DNA of 64,000 bases from Pseudomonadales bacterium (lineage in GTDB: Bacteria; Pseudomonadota; Gammaproteobacteria; Pseudomonadales; UBA7239), in assembly GCA_028280345.1 (NCBI GenBank), contig JANQLY010000008.1, positions 29,198 through 93,197 on the forward strand. Reading direction: 5' to 3'. How positions within the stretch are numbered: position 1 is the first letter of the stretch; the number at the start of each line of letters is the position of its first letter. The translations under genes were made by a program, and so were the position numbers. Under the pieces are notes generated by a model, which had not been told where the DNA came from, did no database searches, and saw only the letters and a program-made list of their open reading frames with translations. Of this stretch, positions 1 through 15,000 are shown piece after piece.

Positions 1-3000
1 TGGCAACATCGACAAATACAACACCAAAGCCATTCAAGGCAAGTAGTAGCTTGTTATCGATCACTTCTATTGCGGTGATTTGACCTTCAAAGGTCGCCTG
101 CAAGCCACTCTCGTTATAGAGATTATGGCCCTGGCTATACCAGTAGCCACCTGCGTGCGGCATAAATGCATCAAATACAAGACTTGCAGCTGGCGTCAGG
201 GATAGCAGATCAACAATATTGACAGTTTTAACCAGGCTGCGTTGATTACCCAGACCATCACTGATAACAGCAGTGATTTCCAGCGCAGTCTCGCTACCAT
301 TCAATTGCAACTCAAGTACACGATCACCGGAAGCAATAACGATTCCGTTTTGATCCCTGACGGTAATCGTACCGATTAAATGACTCTCCAGATCAGATTG
401 CAGTGCAAGTTTGACAACACTACCTTTATAAAGCTGTGTCGGTACGCCTGACAGCTGCGGATCCGGCACGCTAAAGCGCGGCGACAGCTTAATACCTACC
501 GTGGTTTCAGCCACATCGTAGCTGTCATCGTAGTAGGCTCTGGCAACCAACACATAGTTCTGCAACGAGGACACATTCGGCAGTTGCAGTGCAAAGCTAC
601 CGGAATCAGTGCTGTGGCGTATCAGGGCCTGACGGTTACCGTTAAAGTCAGTGAGTTCAATTTCTGCGTGTTTAAAGCTTGCCGAACCATCCAGCTGACT
701 GACACTGAAGCTCGCCGTCAACGTATCACCTTCGACAAATATCTGGTTATGAGCAATACCCTGTATAAAGACATTCGCCAGACCATTTTCGTTGGCAAGC
801 GTTGTCACATCGGCGGATTGCAAGGTCTGCGCCGCCTGACTAACTGCGACAGTTGTTTCATCATTAATCGCAGCGGTATTTTCCAGCCAACCGTAACTGA
901 TAAACGGCAGTGCAGTCGTACGTGGCGTTACAACGGTATCGAGCGTCAGGCTGACATCATCAAGATATTGCAAGCCATCGAGTGTCGCCGACAACGGCAG
1001 GTGCGCCCGCTCACTGATCGTTGCAGCCTCTGCCGGGTTCAGCACAACACTACCACTCTGTTGCACGGCAGAGTCAATGATCAGCGACTGCTGCTCCACA
1101 CTGCCACCGTGGTTGGCAATATGCACTTCAAGACTGCTCACTCCGGACAGCGCGGTGGCAGGTACGAACCACAGTTGCGATTGTGTAATCGAAGCAGACA
1201 CACCGGCAAACTGGCCGCTGTTCCACAGCGGGTAAGCCGGCAGCAAGGCTCCATCAATACTATCGTCTTCTATATAGAGGGCTTCGCTACCGAGGCCACT
1301 ACTATCAACCGTTGCCGCAAGCAGGATACCCATCGGCAGGCGCGTCACATTCAGTGTGCTGATTGTTGCCGCATCACCGCTTTGTAGAGCACGACTATAG
1401 AGTGTGCCACTATTCGCATCAGCGTAGTACAAGGCATCCGCACCTACCGCCAACTCATCAGCCGCAATACTCAGGTTCGCAACACGCTCACCCGCGAGTA
1501 CCGCCTGCCAATGCGCACCGGTTTGTGCACCTGCAACACTTTCCATACCCGCCAGTTGCAGCCAGAGAATTTCACCGTCAACCACTGTCTGTACGATCTC
1601 ACCTTCGGCATCGTAGCTATACAGCTCAGCATCCACTGTGCCATCTGCAGCCAGACGGTAATGTGTCAGTTGCGAACCGGCAATGGTATACAGTTCATCA
1701 CCACTGAGTACAACCTGTTCAACATCCATCAGCTCAATCGTTGAGATCAACTGTAGTTCAGGGGCCGCCTGCTCACGCAGTTCGTAGTGATAGATTTCAC
1801 GCTGCGTAACAGCATAGACACGTTGCTGTGCCACAGTCACGCTGACAATACTCTCGGGCACACTGACTGCAAGCGCATCGACAAAACTGTCACCACTGCG
1901 AATCAGTGCTGTAATGGTATCGCCGTACTGAAGATAAACCCTGTCGCCATTGGCGCCGACAACCCTGCCCAACACACGCTGCTCGACGGCACTGGCAAAA
2001 TCACCGCCACTGAGTGGATAGAACACCAGCCAACGCTCACCATTGCGCACGACCTCAGCAGCAAGACCAGTTCCTGTGAAGTACAGCTCACTCACAGCAG
2101 CATCGGCAACCGCAGCGATCAGCCCACCCGGACCAACCAGTTCATAGCGGCTTTCGAGGTAGTTTTGTGCATAGACCACCCCGTAACCCGGCACATCGAC
2201 GAGCCCATCTATCTGCCACTCGGCATCAGGCACCTGGGTCAAAGCTACTGCATCCCCATCAAAGTACGGTATGCGTGTCACGGTGTAAGGTGTCACCACC
2301 TCATGGGCAGAGCGATCGTGCAGCGTGACATCAACACTGACATCACCACTGTTACTATCGAGTACGACCTTCTGCAAGTGATCGGAAATTTCAAGCGTTT
2401 CGGTATTAACACCATCACTGACAGCGACCGATGAAGTGGCAGCAAAGTCATCCATACCCATCGGCACTGGCGCGTGTAGCCACAATTCACTGCCCGAAAG
2501 CATGGTGTTAGCGGGCCACAGACCAAGACTGACACGCTCATCAATGCCGTCATCTTGTAACAGATTATAGAAACGCTGCGCCTGTACCGGCTGACCATCA
2601 GCATCTGCTTCGGCACGCACCAATAGCACAGTATCTTTGCTGATACCTGCAGGCAGTGTGACATCTACCAGCACGTATTCACTGTCATCCGGATTGCGCG
2701 TCGCAGTTTTAGCCACTGTTGCCGATGCCACAGCACCCACATCGAGATAAATATCTGCCGACGTCAAATTACGCATCAACACATTAAGGGTAATGGTCTC
2801 GCCAGCATGGAAGGTGTTGCCATCGGCAGGCAGCACAATATCCAGCTCCGGCGCTCCGGTTTCACCATCGTAAGGCACGATAGTTGCCGATGCAGTCTCA
2901 CTGACAAGATTGTTAAGGTCTATTGCACGGGCATCGAGCCTGATCGGATCCTCCGCATCTTCCGCTACCGTTAATTCATAGCGATTCGGATTCGTGAGTA

Positions 3001-6000
3001 CCTGACATGCCGTCTGGTCGCTGAAAATATCTCCTGCTGTACTGTCAATACACAGCTCTACTCTCGCAACACCGTAGCGATCAAACGACTTGAGCACCAC
3101 ATCAACCACTTCACCGCGAGGCACAAAGGTGCCATTAACCGGTGTCACCAGCTCAAGTTCAGGTGGCGTACTATCAGGCAGCAACAGATAAGTATTATTA
3201 AACGGCAAGGTAATTTCAGAACCCGGTATACCATAAGCCACACGCAGTTCAACCGGTATCGGTGTTGCAACTGGCGGTGCGCCTTGCGGCAGAATATCTG
3301 CGAGGCGCGGACTCAGGTAATCAAGTGACACGCGACCACTATCAATATCAAAGTTCGCCGGCAACCACGGTCCCTGTGCAGAAATCTGCATATAGAGGGA
3401 GCTGATAAGATCCAGATCACCCTCAAGATGGAAGCCCACTTCCGCACGAATCAGCTCTTCAATGCTCGGCGGATTAGTATAGGCGCTGTCACCCTGCGGC
3501 AAAGTAAAGAACCCTGGCTTGAGACCATCGGTGGACAGCTGAATATTTGGCAGTTCCAGCGGTACCACAAAGCTGCGCTCGGTCACATTCTGACCATCGC
3601 TCGCTCTGACCAGCAAGGTCAGTGTAGTAAAGCCTGGTTGAACCGCTACAGTAATATCACCATCAGCTTCCGCACCCTCCCAGTTATTCACAAAGGTAAA
3701 ACCACCGTCTCCGGAGTAACGATAGCTGAAGGAAATTTCGCCCGCACTGATATAGTTGTCCTGCGCCGCCAGATTCAACAAATACTCCTGACCGATCTTA
3801 AGCGGGGTTGTACCATCAACTACCTGACCAGTCGCTGCCTGTGTCAGCACAATAGAATCTGCCTGTGGCGGCAACAGGTCCTGGGCTTCAAACACTTCGG
3901 TGTAGGTACCATTATTGAAACCACCGGCATTTTTCACCGGATTGCCATTGGTGTCAGTAACACCAGTAACCGTGATCGTGTAAACCGCATTGTGTTCAAT
4001 CACCTGATCGCTGCGCAGGCGTACGAGCAAGCGATCACCCTGGATCACGATCGGATCAAAGCGATGGGTAATATCTTCGCTATTGTCGCTGCGTACCACA
4101 TAATCGCGGTATTCCTTGATAACCGTAAAGCCGCTCGCGAGTAACGTCTCACTGCCGCGTATGATCAGCGGATTCACATAATCGAAGTTCTGGATAACTT
4201 CCGCACTCGGTGCAGTATCGTCAATTGCACTGAGCAAGGTATCAATTTCAGCGAAGACCGTTTCCGCTGTTTCGGCACGCAATAGTACCACTTGATACTG
4301 CTCGCCAATCAGACTCTCCGGTGTTATAAATTGCAGACTATCACCAACCAACTGATAATCTACTGCATTGCTCACACCCGGTTGCACACCCTTGTTATAG
4401 GGAATCCAGTGCGCAGTCATATTTGCCGAGAAGCCGGAACCACTGACGGTAATAAGATCACCACCGGAGTCACTGACAATATTCATTCCGGTCGGGTTAT
4501 TCGATACAACCGTATTAATAACCATCGGCTCAACGGCTACGATCGCGGCCGGCAGAGTCGTTTCGGTGCCTTCATGTTTCACAGTAATTGATAGGACACC
4601 CGCATTCGACAGCACTGTGTTAAAGATAATCTCTGTGCCATTGTTATTCACTGTGAACAGACTGCTGTCGAGTTCAACGTCATCAATAAGAATCTGCTCA
4701 ACCAGTGACAACTGTTGGCCAAGCAGACGAATGGTCACGGGCTGATCTACAACAACGGTGGCTGGCATCAGATAGGATAGATTCAAGGCACTCAGACCAA
4801 ATAGCGGACTGGCCTGAATCGTACGCGGCAGATCAATGTTCAGTTGCGCACCATCAATCTGCGACACCGGATTTGCTGACAACGCCAGTTCGTACAATGT
4901 GGAAACTGCAAAACCACCACCCTGCGGCTCAAACACCAGACGCTGACCTTCAAGCGTTGTGGTACCACTCACTGCCGTGCCACTAAACTGCTCATTGAGA
5001 TCAAGGTCAACACTGAGCCAGGACTCAGCAGCACCCGCCAGATCGGCAATCACAATATCACCACTGTTGCCGAGTGCCGCCGGAGAAATCGTCGAAACAT
5101 TCGCAACAGGCACTTCGGCATTGTAGTAGTTAGCATCGTAGTGCCATTCAAGCAGACCAGCGGAGAACTGCAGCGATGCAACTGCCCCACCCAGAGTCTC
5201 TGGCAAATCAATAACCGCAAAAGCTCGCGCCGACAACTGCTTGTCGAGCTGCATATCCAGGTCGTACAAGTCGACAGACGCATTATTAAAGACAGCCAGC
5301 ACATCACCATCAAGCACAAGGCCATAGGGGCTACTACTACCGCCAAGCTCTGCAATCAGAGGCTCTGCAAATTCATCGGCAAACAGATTGCGGTCAAGCA
5401 CAGCCAATCCGGTCTCACTGTAGAGCACAATATGTTGCCCGTTAACCTGCATATCACGATTCGCAGCAATGTCATCACTGTAGGCACTGTAGATATAGCT
5501 ACGTATTACTGTATCTAGATCAGCAATCGAACGCTGCTCCAGACCATTTTCATAAAGTGTATAGGCAGAGCCGCCGAATACTTCAAGCGCAACAAACACA
5601 CCCATATTCTGAGCAAGGCTGTATTCAGCAAAATCAGAACCACGAACATTCGCCGCATATAACGTATCCTGATCCCGGACGATCACATCCTGGCCGGATA
5701 CCGCAATACTTTCGTATACGGTACCTTTTACATTGTTAAAGCGGTTTACAAACTCCGGCGCATAAATATTGCCGAGGTCATAAACCTCAACATCATTGTT
5801 AGCAGCAACCAATACGGCGAGTACCGCCCCATCGAGAGACAGCGCCGCAACCTGACCCGAGGCAGCAAACTGTGAAATAAACAGCGGCGTAGCACTATCG
5901 CGTAAACTGAAGACTTTTATAGTGTTGCCAGCGGCAGTGACCAGCAGATCACCACTGCGTTCCATATGCGTCAATCCGGCCAACTGCTGACGCGCATCAA

Positions 6001-9000
6001 ACTCGATCAACAGTTGCTGATCCGACACCGTATCGGTAGTGAAATCCTGATTGCTCACTTCAACAAGCAAGGTACCAACCGCATCTACCGGTACCGGCAC
6101 ACTGAGCAACTGGTGACCTTCGATACGCAGATCCTCAACGACTCGACCATTGATACGCACACGGGTACTGGATCCCAGACCAACCCCGGACAATCCAATG
6201 TGTTCACCCGCATTAAAGACAAAACGCTTGTCATTAACATTGAAATAGCCACTGCTGCGATCATAGCTGCCAATACTGCTAATGACCGGATCGGCAATAT
6301 AGGTATAGGCAGCGGTTTCTACCGCTGCGAGCGGACCGTTGCTCACCGCCACACCGACCAGCACGTTGCCACTCGGCGAAGATGCAAGCTCCGGCACTGT
6401 AATATGCAGCACGCTGGAAGACTCCACCGTAATATCACTGCCGGAAATCTCGACACCACCCATGATGACAACAGTGTTACTACCAAAGCCTTCACCCTGA
6501 ATCGTCAGTGTTTCACCACCGCGCCAGGAACCCATTACCGGATCAACAACGGTAATTTGCGGCTGTACTTCATCAGTGGTAAAGAACTCGAAACGGTAGT
6601 CATCTTCAAGTGTAATGCCGTGCAGATCACGCAACGCCTGACTGATCTCCGCCTTGTAAAGTTTATCGGCTGCAAAGTCTGCAAGCGGGCGGAAAATTAA
6701 CAGCGAACCGGCGTTATTCACCTGCTGTGAAACCAGTCCGGTAATTGGCGCGCCATCAAGCGTTACGGTAAACAGACTGTCACCGAGCGCATCAACCTGG
6801 GTGTAATCGAGGATACGGTTGAACTGAATTTCCAGCGGCTCTGCAACCGAATGCCAACCACCAGCCAGCGGTTGCTGCTCAACCACCAACAGGTCAGTGT
6901 TCAGAATTGTGTTCAGCGCACCACCTAACTGACCATAAGCGCCATCAATCGGGTTCTCACTCGGCTCTTCATTAACATAAACAAACGAGGAACCTGCATA
7001 AATGGCTTCCGGGCTAAAGCTGATGCTGTTGACGTTACCGGTTACTGCGAAGTAATTCTTCAGATTAACCGGCGTCTGGAAATCGCTCGCAAGCCACGGC
7101 GAAATATCAAAGGCCTGTAAATCACCCTGTCCGGATGCCACATACAAGGTTTGGCCACGCAGGATCATTTCACCGGCGAACAGATCGCCATTGGCAACCA
7201 GGTACTCAAGCTGCAAGCGCGCAACAAAGGAGGCACTCGTATCACTATCGATCGCGTAGGCATTGACTGTGGCACTGCTACCGGTTGATATGAGCAACAG
7301 ATTTTCGTGCAACAGCATGTTCTCGGGTATAAACAGCTGGTTCGCGAGATCTTCTATCAATACTCGGCGTGTGACCGAGTAGTCTCCTGCCATCAGATCA
7401 ATTTGCAGCAGTTCGTTGCTCGACGGCACAACCACCCAGAGACTGCCATCGTAGATCGACACTTCCGTCGGCTTACCACCGAGTTTGCTCACCGTCAGCT
7501 GAGCAAGCTCGCGCAGACCAAGCTCATTAGTTAGGCGATAGATATAAACACCATTGGTGGTTGCAACATAAATAACATTATTTTCAACCGCAAAGTCCTT
7601 GATCTCGCCATTAACATTCAATGTATTAAGTAATAGCGGATCAGCGAGCAGCGTAATATCAAAGTGATAGAGACGATTGCCGCCAGCAAGATAGAGATTG
7701 TTTTCCTCATATTGCAGTGCCACTACGCCTTCAGGATCAAGACCGCCATTGACATCAAAATGATAGGGTTCGAGTTCGTTGATAAATTCTTTCTCAAGAA
7801 TAATCGGGCGAACCGGATCAGAAATATCCGCGAGCACAAGACGCGCTACATCGGAGTACAGACGTCTAATAAATACACCCTGGCTGTCAATCACATCAAA
7901 GCTGCCGCCCGTAACCGCATAGAGCAGCTGGCCGTTCAGGGTAATCGCCGATACCGGACTCGATTTATCATCTGACAGGTTAACTGAACCGGTTTCCCTG
8001 CCGCTGTAGAAATAGTCCACCGGAGAGGTTTCTACCTCACCCGGGAACAGACGGTTTTCAATGGTGATGGTGGCTGGGCCAAAGCTGCCGCTCGGTGCCC
8101 GTACCTGGATATGGTTACTGTCGTAAACCCTGAGATCGCCGGCAGTTGCGCCGTTGAACTTCACAGTGATGTCGTGGCTAAAGCCGCGACCATAGATATT
8201 GACACGAGTACCACCCTGCGGCGGACCGGTTTGCGGATTAATATCATCGATCTCAATTTGCGGCAGAATCGCAAGCGCACCGTAGAGAATGTAACTCAGA
8301 CCACTATCATTACGTACTACCTTAACCGGCAACAGTGCATTGGCACCGGCAAGCTGTGGCATCTCGGGCAGCACCACAATGATTTCTGTATCACTGACAG
8401 AAACAACATTCTCCGGCGCAATTAAGGTATCGCCAATAATCACCGACGTCAGCGTGGCATTGACAAAATTCTGGCCAATGATCTGCACCTGCTCGCTACC
8501 ATTGGCGTGGAAGAACGCATCGTAAACTTCGTTATTGAGCAAGCGCGACACGGATTCAATGCGAGGCACCACACCACTTTGCAACGTGTAGTGACCGACA
8601 AACTCATGGGCCAGGCTATGGCCACCCAGATCGAGCACGGTTGTCGGTACCGTTATCGTAATATCACCGGTGTAAGTAAAGTCACCGATGAAGCGAATAT
8701 CGACATAACCACCTGACAGCGTATTAATCGCTTCCATTTCATACTGCGTATCAGGCAGTGGACTGCTATCCGCCTGAGTCAGCGTGATTGCCCCAATATT
8801 GGCTTCGGACGTATTCATCAGGTTATTGAACTGTAGTCGCAGGGTATCGCCTGGTGTCATTGTGGTTCCTTCAACCGGCGATACGGCAGAAACCAGCAGA
8901 CTGTTGTTGCGGTTGATAATTACACCGTCACGGTTGCCTACCATTACACCACCGCCGTTAAACAGCAGTTCGCTGGTTTGCGCGTTAGAGCCATTGACCA

Positions 9001-12000
9001 GTGGCTGCCAGTAAACGGTTTCAAAACCGCTCTGCGCATCACCTTCGATAATCGCGAGCTCACTGCCGGAAGAAATCGTTACTTGCCCATACTGTACAAG
9101 CATGGAAACATCGCGAATATTACCAACAGAACCGCGCTCAATCGGATGCAGTGTATAGCTCGGGTTTGTACCGAAGCTGTCGATAATCGCCAGCATCAGC
9201 TCGCCGTTGTGGGCAAGTAGCACGTATAGCGAATCGCCCTGCCACTGCAGATCCAGTGGTTGCCCGTAAAGCCCGCCGCCAAGCTCATCCTGTTCCAGCG
9301 TAATCGTTTCGTAACCGGATGGCGTACTCAACTCACCGCCATTGAGTCGGATAAAGCGAATGAAACCACTGCCAAGATCATTGGCCGCTGCCAAGGCAAA
9401 GATATGGTTACCCTGATGTACATCGATATCCATCGCGCGATGCCCCGGTAACTCCCAGTGACGAATCAACAGTGGCTCGGTTTTATCGCGAATATCGATC
9501 AGCGCCAGGCCCTCACTATCATTGGCTGCAAGCATCATGCTGTCGAGTACAGCAACACCATTTACGGGCGCGTTCATCGGCAGCGCACCGAGGCGAACCG
9601 GACGCTCCCAGATGCTCACATCGAAGGTTTCCACACCGTATTCCATCAGGAAGCGGTTGTAGTAAGTCGCACGTGTTCCCTTCTTCACACCGACATACAT
9701 AGTGCTATCGACAAACTGCGCACCACCTATTTCATGAGGCGGATAATTCGGTAAATCAATACTCAGGCCCTGGGATAAGGTATAGGAGAAGTCACCGACA
9801 TAGACTTGCTCAACAGAGTTACCCACCGGAATGCGCAGATAAACGCGATAGAGATCCTGATGCACAACACCCGGCAGCAGGAAGGCAAACTTGCCAAGCC
9901 CTTCCACGTTGTCCTTGAGGTCAATCGTGTATTCACCGAAAACCGGATCTGTATCCTGATAGCCGGTATAAATCACATTGTCAGTGTTGCGACGCTGTTC
10001 CAGTACAACGCGGGTACCTGGCAGAATCACCTCGTAGTCAGAGCGGATGGAAATACCAATACCTCCGCGCTGATCACCTGCATCAGGACTAATAATGAAA
10101 TTAACCTGATCCAGGGCAATCTCTTCACCAACCACCAGGCCACCGAGCCAATGCCCGGTTAACTCGCCATCGATGACGCGCAGGTGATGCTGCCCCGGCT
10201 CCAGCGGAATACCATCCATTGCCAAAGAACCTGCGGGAATTTCAATCGTTTGCTCGTCGACCCAAACCGAGGATACCGGATACTGATCTACATAAACCTG
10301 GGCTCCACTGCGGAAGTATTCACCGCGAATAGTAATCCTATCCTGGCGGCCTTTGTGGAAGGTGGCACCTTCAACTGCTGTCACTTTGGGTTGCCATGCG
10401 CCGCCCTCTGCAATGGAGAAGCGCTGTTTAAACGGCATCCAGAGGCCAACACCGCGCGCATTATTTGCACTGTTAACACGCAGCTCAAGTTCCGCACCGG
10501 AGACACGGGCAAAATCAATCTCAAAATACTGAGCTGTATCAGTTTGACCACTGTGATATTGAGGCACCAGCGTAAAGCTGACCGGTGTTTCTGTGCCATC
10601 CTGCGCATCAATCTCAACCAGTTCCACTGCACCAGGTAGCTGCACAGAAGCGACATCCATGATTTCGTTAAATGTCAGCACCATCTTCTGGGCAACGTTG
10701 TTCGACAGTTCACCGCCTTCTGCGACTGAAGTGCGCATAACCACTGCCGCAGGTAAGTCAAACACGTTCACACCGCGCCCACCGGCACCGATCACACGAT
10801 CCTTATAAATTTCCACATCGCGAGTGGTTTCCGTATTACCCGCTGAAATCACCACCGGGTTTTGCAGATCGCGAATATCCAGCACCACAAGTCCGCGAGT
10901 TGCAGACACAAACAACGCACTACCAAACAGGTCGAGCTTCTCGGCGGTACCGCCGCCGCCTTGCAATTTTTCATCGATCGCAAACTGATAACGTTCTTCC
11001 GGGCGATCTCTATGAACAAACTCAATACCCTGATAGCCAAGTGCCGCCACTATATAGTCACCATAGATAAGCATATCGCGCACATTGCCATTGAAACTGT
11101 ATTCAGTTCTCAGGTTCGCATCGTAGAGATGCTGCGCGTAGATCGTACTGGTTTCAGCTTTCTCGGTGAAACCTTCGATGGAATAATCAGGCCAGAACTG
11201 ACATGGTGGTGAATTCACAAATGTTTTACCGCTGCGGCTCGCGCCACCGGAGAACATCCAGTTATCGTTACGGTAGAGCCAGTCACCTACGAGGCTCGTG
11301 CCACCCATTTCAATCGGATCAAACGGATCGATATAGTTCACCATCGACACACCGGAACCACTGAATTCCGCAATACTGGTTGCACAAGGTTCCTGGGCAT
11401 TTTCACTGAAGCTGAGGCCGGTGCTAGCGGCAAATAACAGATTACCCTGTTTGTTTACGTCAGTAATGTAACCACCCGGCAGCATTTCATTGATGTACTG
11501 CAAACCGTTTTGTTCGTCGAGGTTAAGACGCGCCACACCACCTTTTTCGTTAGCTACATACAGGCGTTTACGCACCACACCTTCTTCAAGCTCTTCCAGC
11601 GGGAAGAGTCGGATCGAACCCATACCCATCGCATACTCAAACGCATTGGAACGATCAAGCAGAGTTTGCTCTTCTTCAGAGATACCATCGAGATTTGCCT
11701 CAATACTCCAGCCAATCGCTTTACCTTGTAACCAGTTATAACCTTCATCACCCGACGGCAAGCTGAAGTTTCCACCCACGAGTAGAGGTTGATCCGGATT
11801 TTGAATATCAAAGCTCACCGCACGATAGGTTTCCGGGAACAGCACACCGAGCACGCCAGTAGCCCAGTGATTGCTCGGGAAGTAACCGGCGTTGGTCACC
11901 AGTACGCCGGTCTCCTCGTCTATCCACAAATCCGACGGCGTAACATTTTCAGGGTTCACTGAGGAGCGGAATTTGAGACCATAACCAAAGCCATCTTCAC

Positions 12001-15000
12001 CGTGCAACGACACTGTACGGCCGTAGCGATCTTCTACATAAACACTGTGTAGCCCCGGCGTACCTTTTGGCATCGTAACGCGCATCAGATCCGTGGCTAC
12101 CACCGTCACATTAGTTGCCGGCAGTGAACCGACCTTGAGCTTGATACCATCAATAACAGTATTACCCGGCTCAAAGCCGCTACCGCGAACGGTTACAACT
12201 GTGCCACCACCAATCGCACCCCACTTCGGTTCAATACTGGTGACCTGCAACTCACCATCTACAACCAGACCACCCGCCAGGGTATCGCGCTGCCACACAC
12301 CATCTTTTTCTACTTCTACTGTGACATCAAACTGCCCCGCCTCATTAAAGGCCGGACTTGTAAAACGTGCAATCGCCACACGTTCATCTTCATCACTTGT
12401 GAGCAAGTCATCAATGCTCACCTGGGTCTCACCGATATACAAGCGTACGCGGGATGTATCAGTCGGCGCACCGAGCAAGGCAACCGTTACCAGCGTCGGC
12501 TCACCCTGAGCAACACGACGCGGCACCACACCTTCCACACTGACAATTTCGTATTCGGCACCGCGATAGACAAAATCAAAGTCCTGGTTCTGCAGCAACG
12601 TATAGAGAATGATTTCATCATTCGTACCAACTGCACCGGGTTTCACTGAAGCCACTCCGGCATCGGCACGTGCCGTCAACGTAGCGCCGACCTGCAACTG
12701 AGCAAGCACCTGGTCCTGTAGCGTCAGAATGGCATCGTTATTAATAATGCTCACATCCGCAGGCAGCGCCGCAGCATTGTTATCGAAGATATGGAAACGG
12801 TTGAGGTTCGGCGCATGCAGATCAATCGCCTTGTTAAAGCGCAAACGCACCACAGCGCTACCATCCACATTGAGATCAATAATGCGGTTCTGCGGATCAA
12901 CCGTATGCACCTTGAGCACTATATCGGGCACTACCTGAATCACAGCATTTTGACCCGCCATACCGGAGCCAATTGCACTGTAGTTACTGGCAAGCACGGC
13001 ATCAATGATGTTATCACTGTAGGCCTGCATGCCCTCACTGAGAATCGGACTATAAGGATCAGTCACATCAACCGTTGCAATACCGCGCTCACCGCGCGCG
13101 ATATAAACAATATTGCCGCTGATATCAATATCGTAAACAAACCCGGCTTCGGTAACCCGGGAGATAATCTGCGGCGCAAGCACATCACTGATATCAACAA
13201 TCACCAGACCACCGGCACCCGCGGCAAGATAGGCGTAGTTGCCAACAACGCGCACCCGACTCGCAGGAATATCCAGGCTTGCAATTACGGCTAGACCACG
13301 TGCCGTACTGTTCTCAACAATATAGAAACCACCACCATCAACCTGTTCAGTCTCGGTGAGGCGATTATTACCATAATGGAATTCACCACCGACAACGACA
13401 ATCTTCTGCGTTTCGCCCGGCAGCGAATCCACTGTATCGAGATCAAGAATATGTTTGTTGTTCGGCATCGCAATATGATCTGCCAGATACTGTTTGGTGT
13501 GCAGATACACATCAACAATACCCAGACCATCATCACCCATGGCAAGCAAGGCGCGGTTATTCTCTACCTCGATACCTTTCGCTGCACCACCGAGTAACTG
13601 CAAGTTATTAATGATTACCGAGTTGGTAATATCGAGACTGTCAAACGACACGGTAAACAATTTGGCATCACTGGCTTTCGCACCGTTAGTTTTTGCACCG
13701 GTAACAAACACCCGGTCAAGACCTTTCTCAAAGAAGGTATCAACACCCAGTGCGGCATAACCGGACGGTAATTTCACCTGGGTCAGAATACGGTCGTCAA
13801 CTTCATCGCCATTTTCATCAATAAGTTCCAGTAGCTCATCCGGATTCAGTAACTGCTCGGTATTGGTGGTATAGGACGATGCACTGATATCATAAATAAA
13901 GATGCCCTGATCACCGTTCGCGGTCACCAGATAGGTACCTGTGGGATCGAGCACCATATCGTAGATACGACCTTCCGATTCAATATTGGACTGTACCGGC
14001 TGTAAGTACTGGAATGCATTTTCAATGGTTTGCTCCTGGCCGGTACTCAAACGCACAGTAATATCAACCCAGCCAATACGGCCACCCGGTGTAACAATTT
14101 CAATGGTGCCAGTATCCAGTACTTTAACTTTTTCGCTATCGAGCTCCACACCATCCATGAGCACCACAAGCTCACCGACTCCGGCACGGAAACCCTGACC
14201 AATAATATTGACAACGGTACCACCACCGAGACCACCCTCGTTCGGCGTTACAGATTTCACCAACATCGGTTCTACATAGTGCAAGGCACCAATGCGGCGC
14301 GCCTCACTGCCGTTACCAGTACGCACCCTGAGTGTTGCAGGTCCGGGGTTGTTTGGTGGTGTTTGTACTTCATAGCGCACAGAACCATCCGGCAGTGTTT
14401 CTTCAGACAACACATTGGCAAACTGTTCGGAAACAAAGAACTGCGGCGCACCACTACTGTTGCGCAAGGTAATGTAGGTCACACCACCGGTGACTTCGGT
14501 GATCGATGGTGCTATGGAAACAATTTCTACCGGATCGCCCGTCGCATCACCGGTGCTGAAACGAATCTCGTGGTTAAACAGGCCTATCGTGCGACGACTT
14601 GCAAGATCACCCTTCAGCTCGATGCGATAGACACGGTTCGCTTCAAGCAGTGACTGCGGATTAATGTGCAGGATGCTATCGTCAGCACTATCGATCACCA
14701 GGTTAGCCGCAACCGCCTGCTCACCATCAGTGCCATTATCAAGGTAGAGCGTCACATAACTCGCAAGCTCCGCTTCGGTGAGTGGCAGCGAATGAGTAAA
14801 GTTGAGTGCAATCGACACATCGCGATGCACATTGCTCTCGCCCGCCGCCGGCACACTGTCGGCAAGATCGATCATCAAGGTATCGAGAATATTCAAACTC
14901 GAGAACAGTCCGTCACCACCGGCACCGCGATTGATACCAAATATCACAAGACCATCATCGCTATACACCATAGCATCCTGGCCCGGCATAGCCGGAGTGA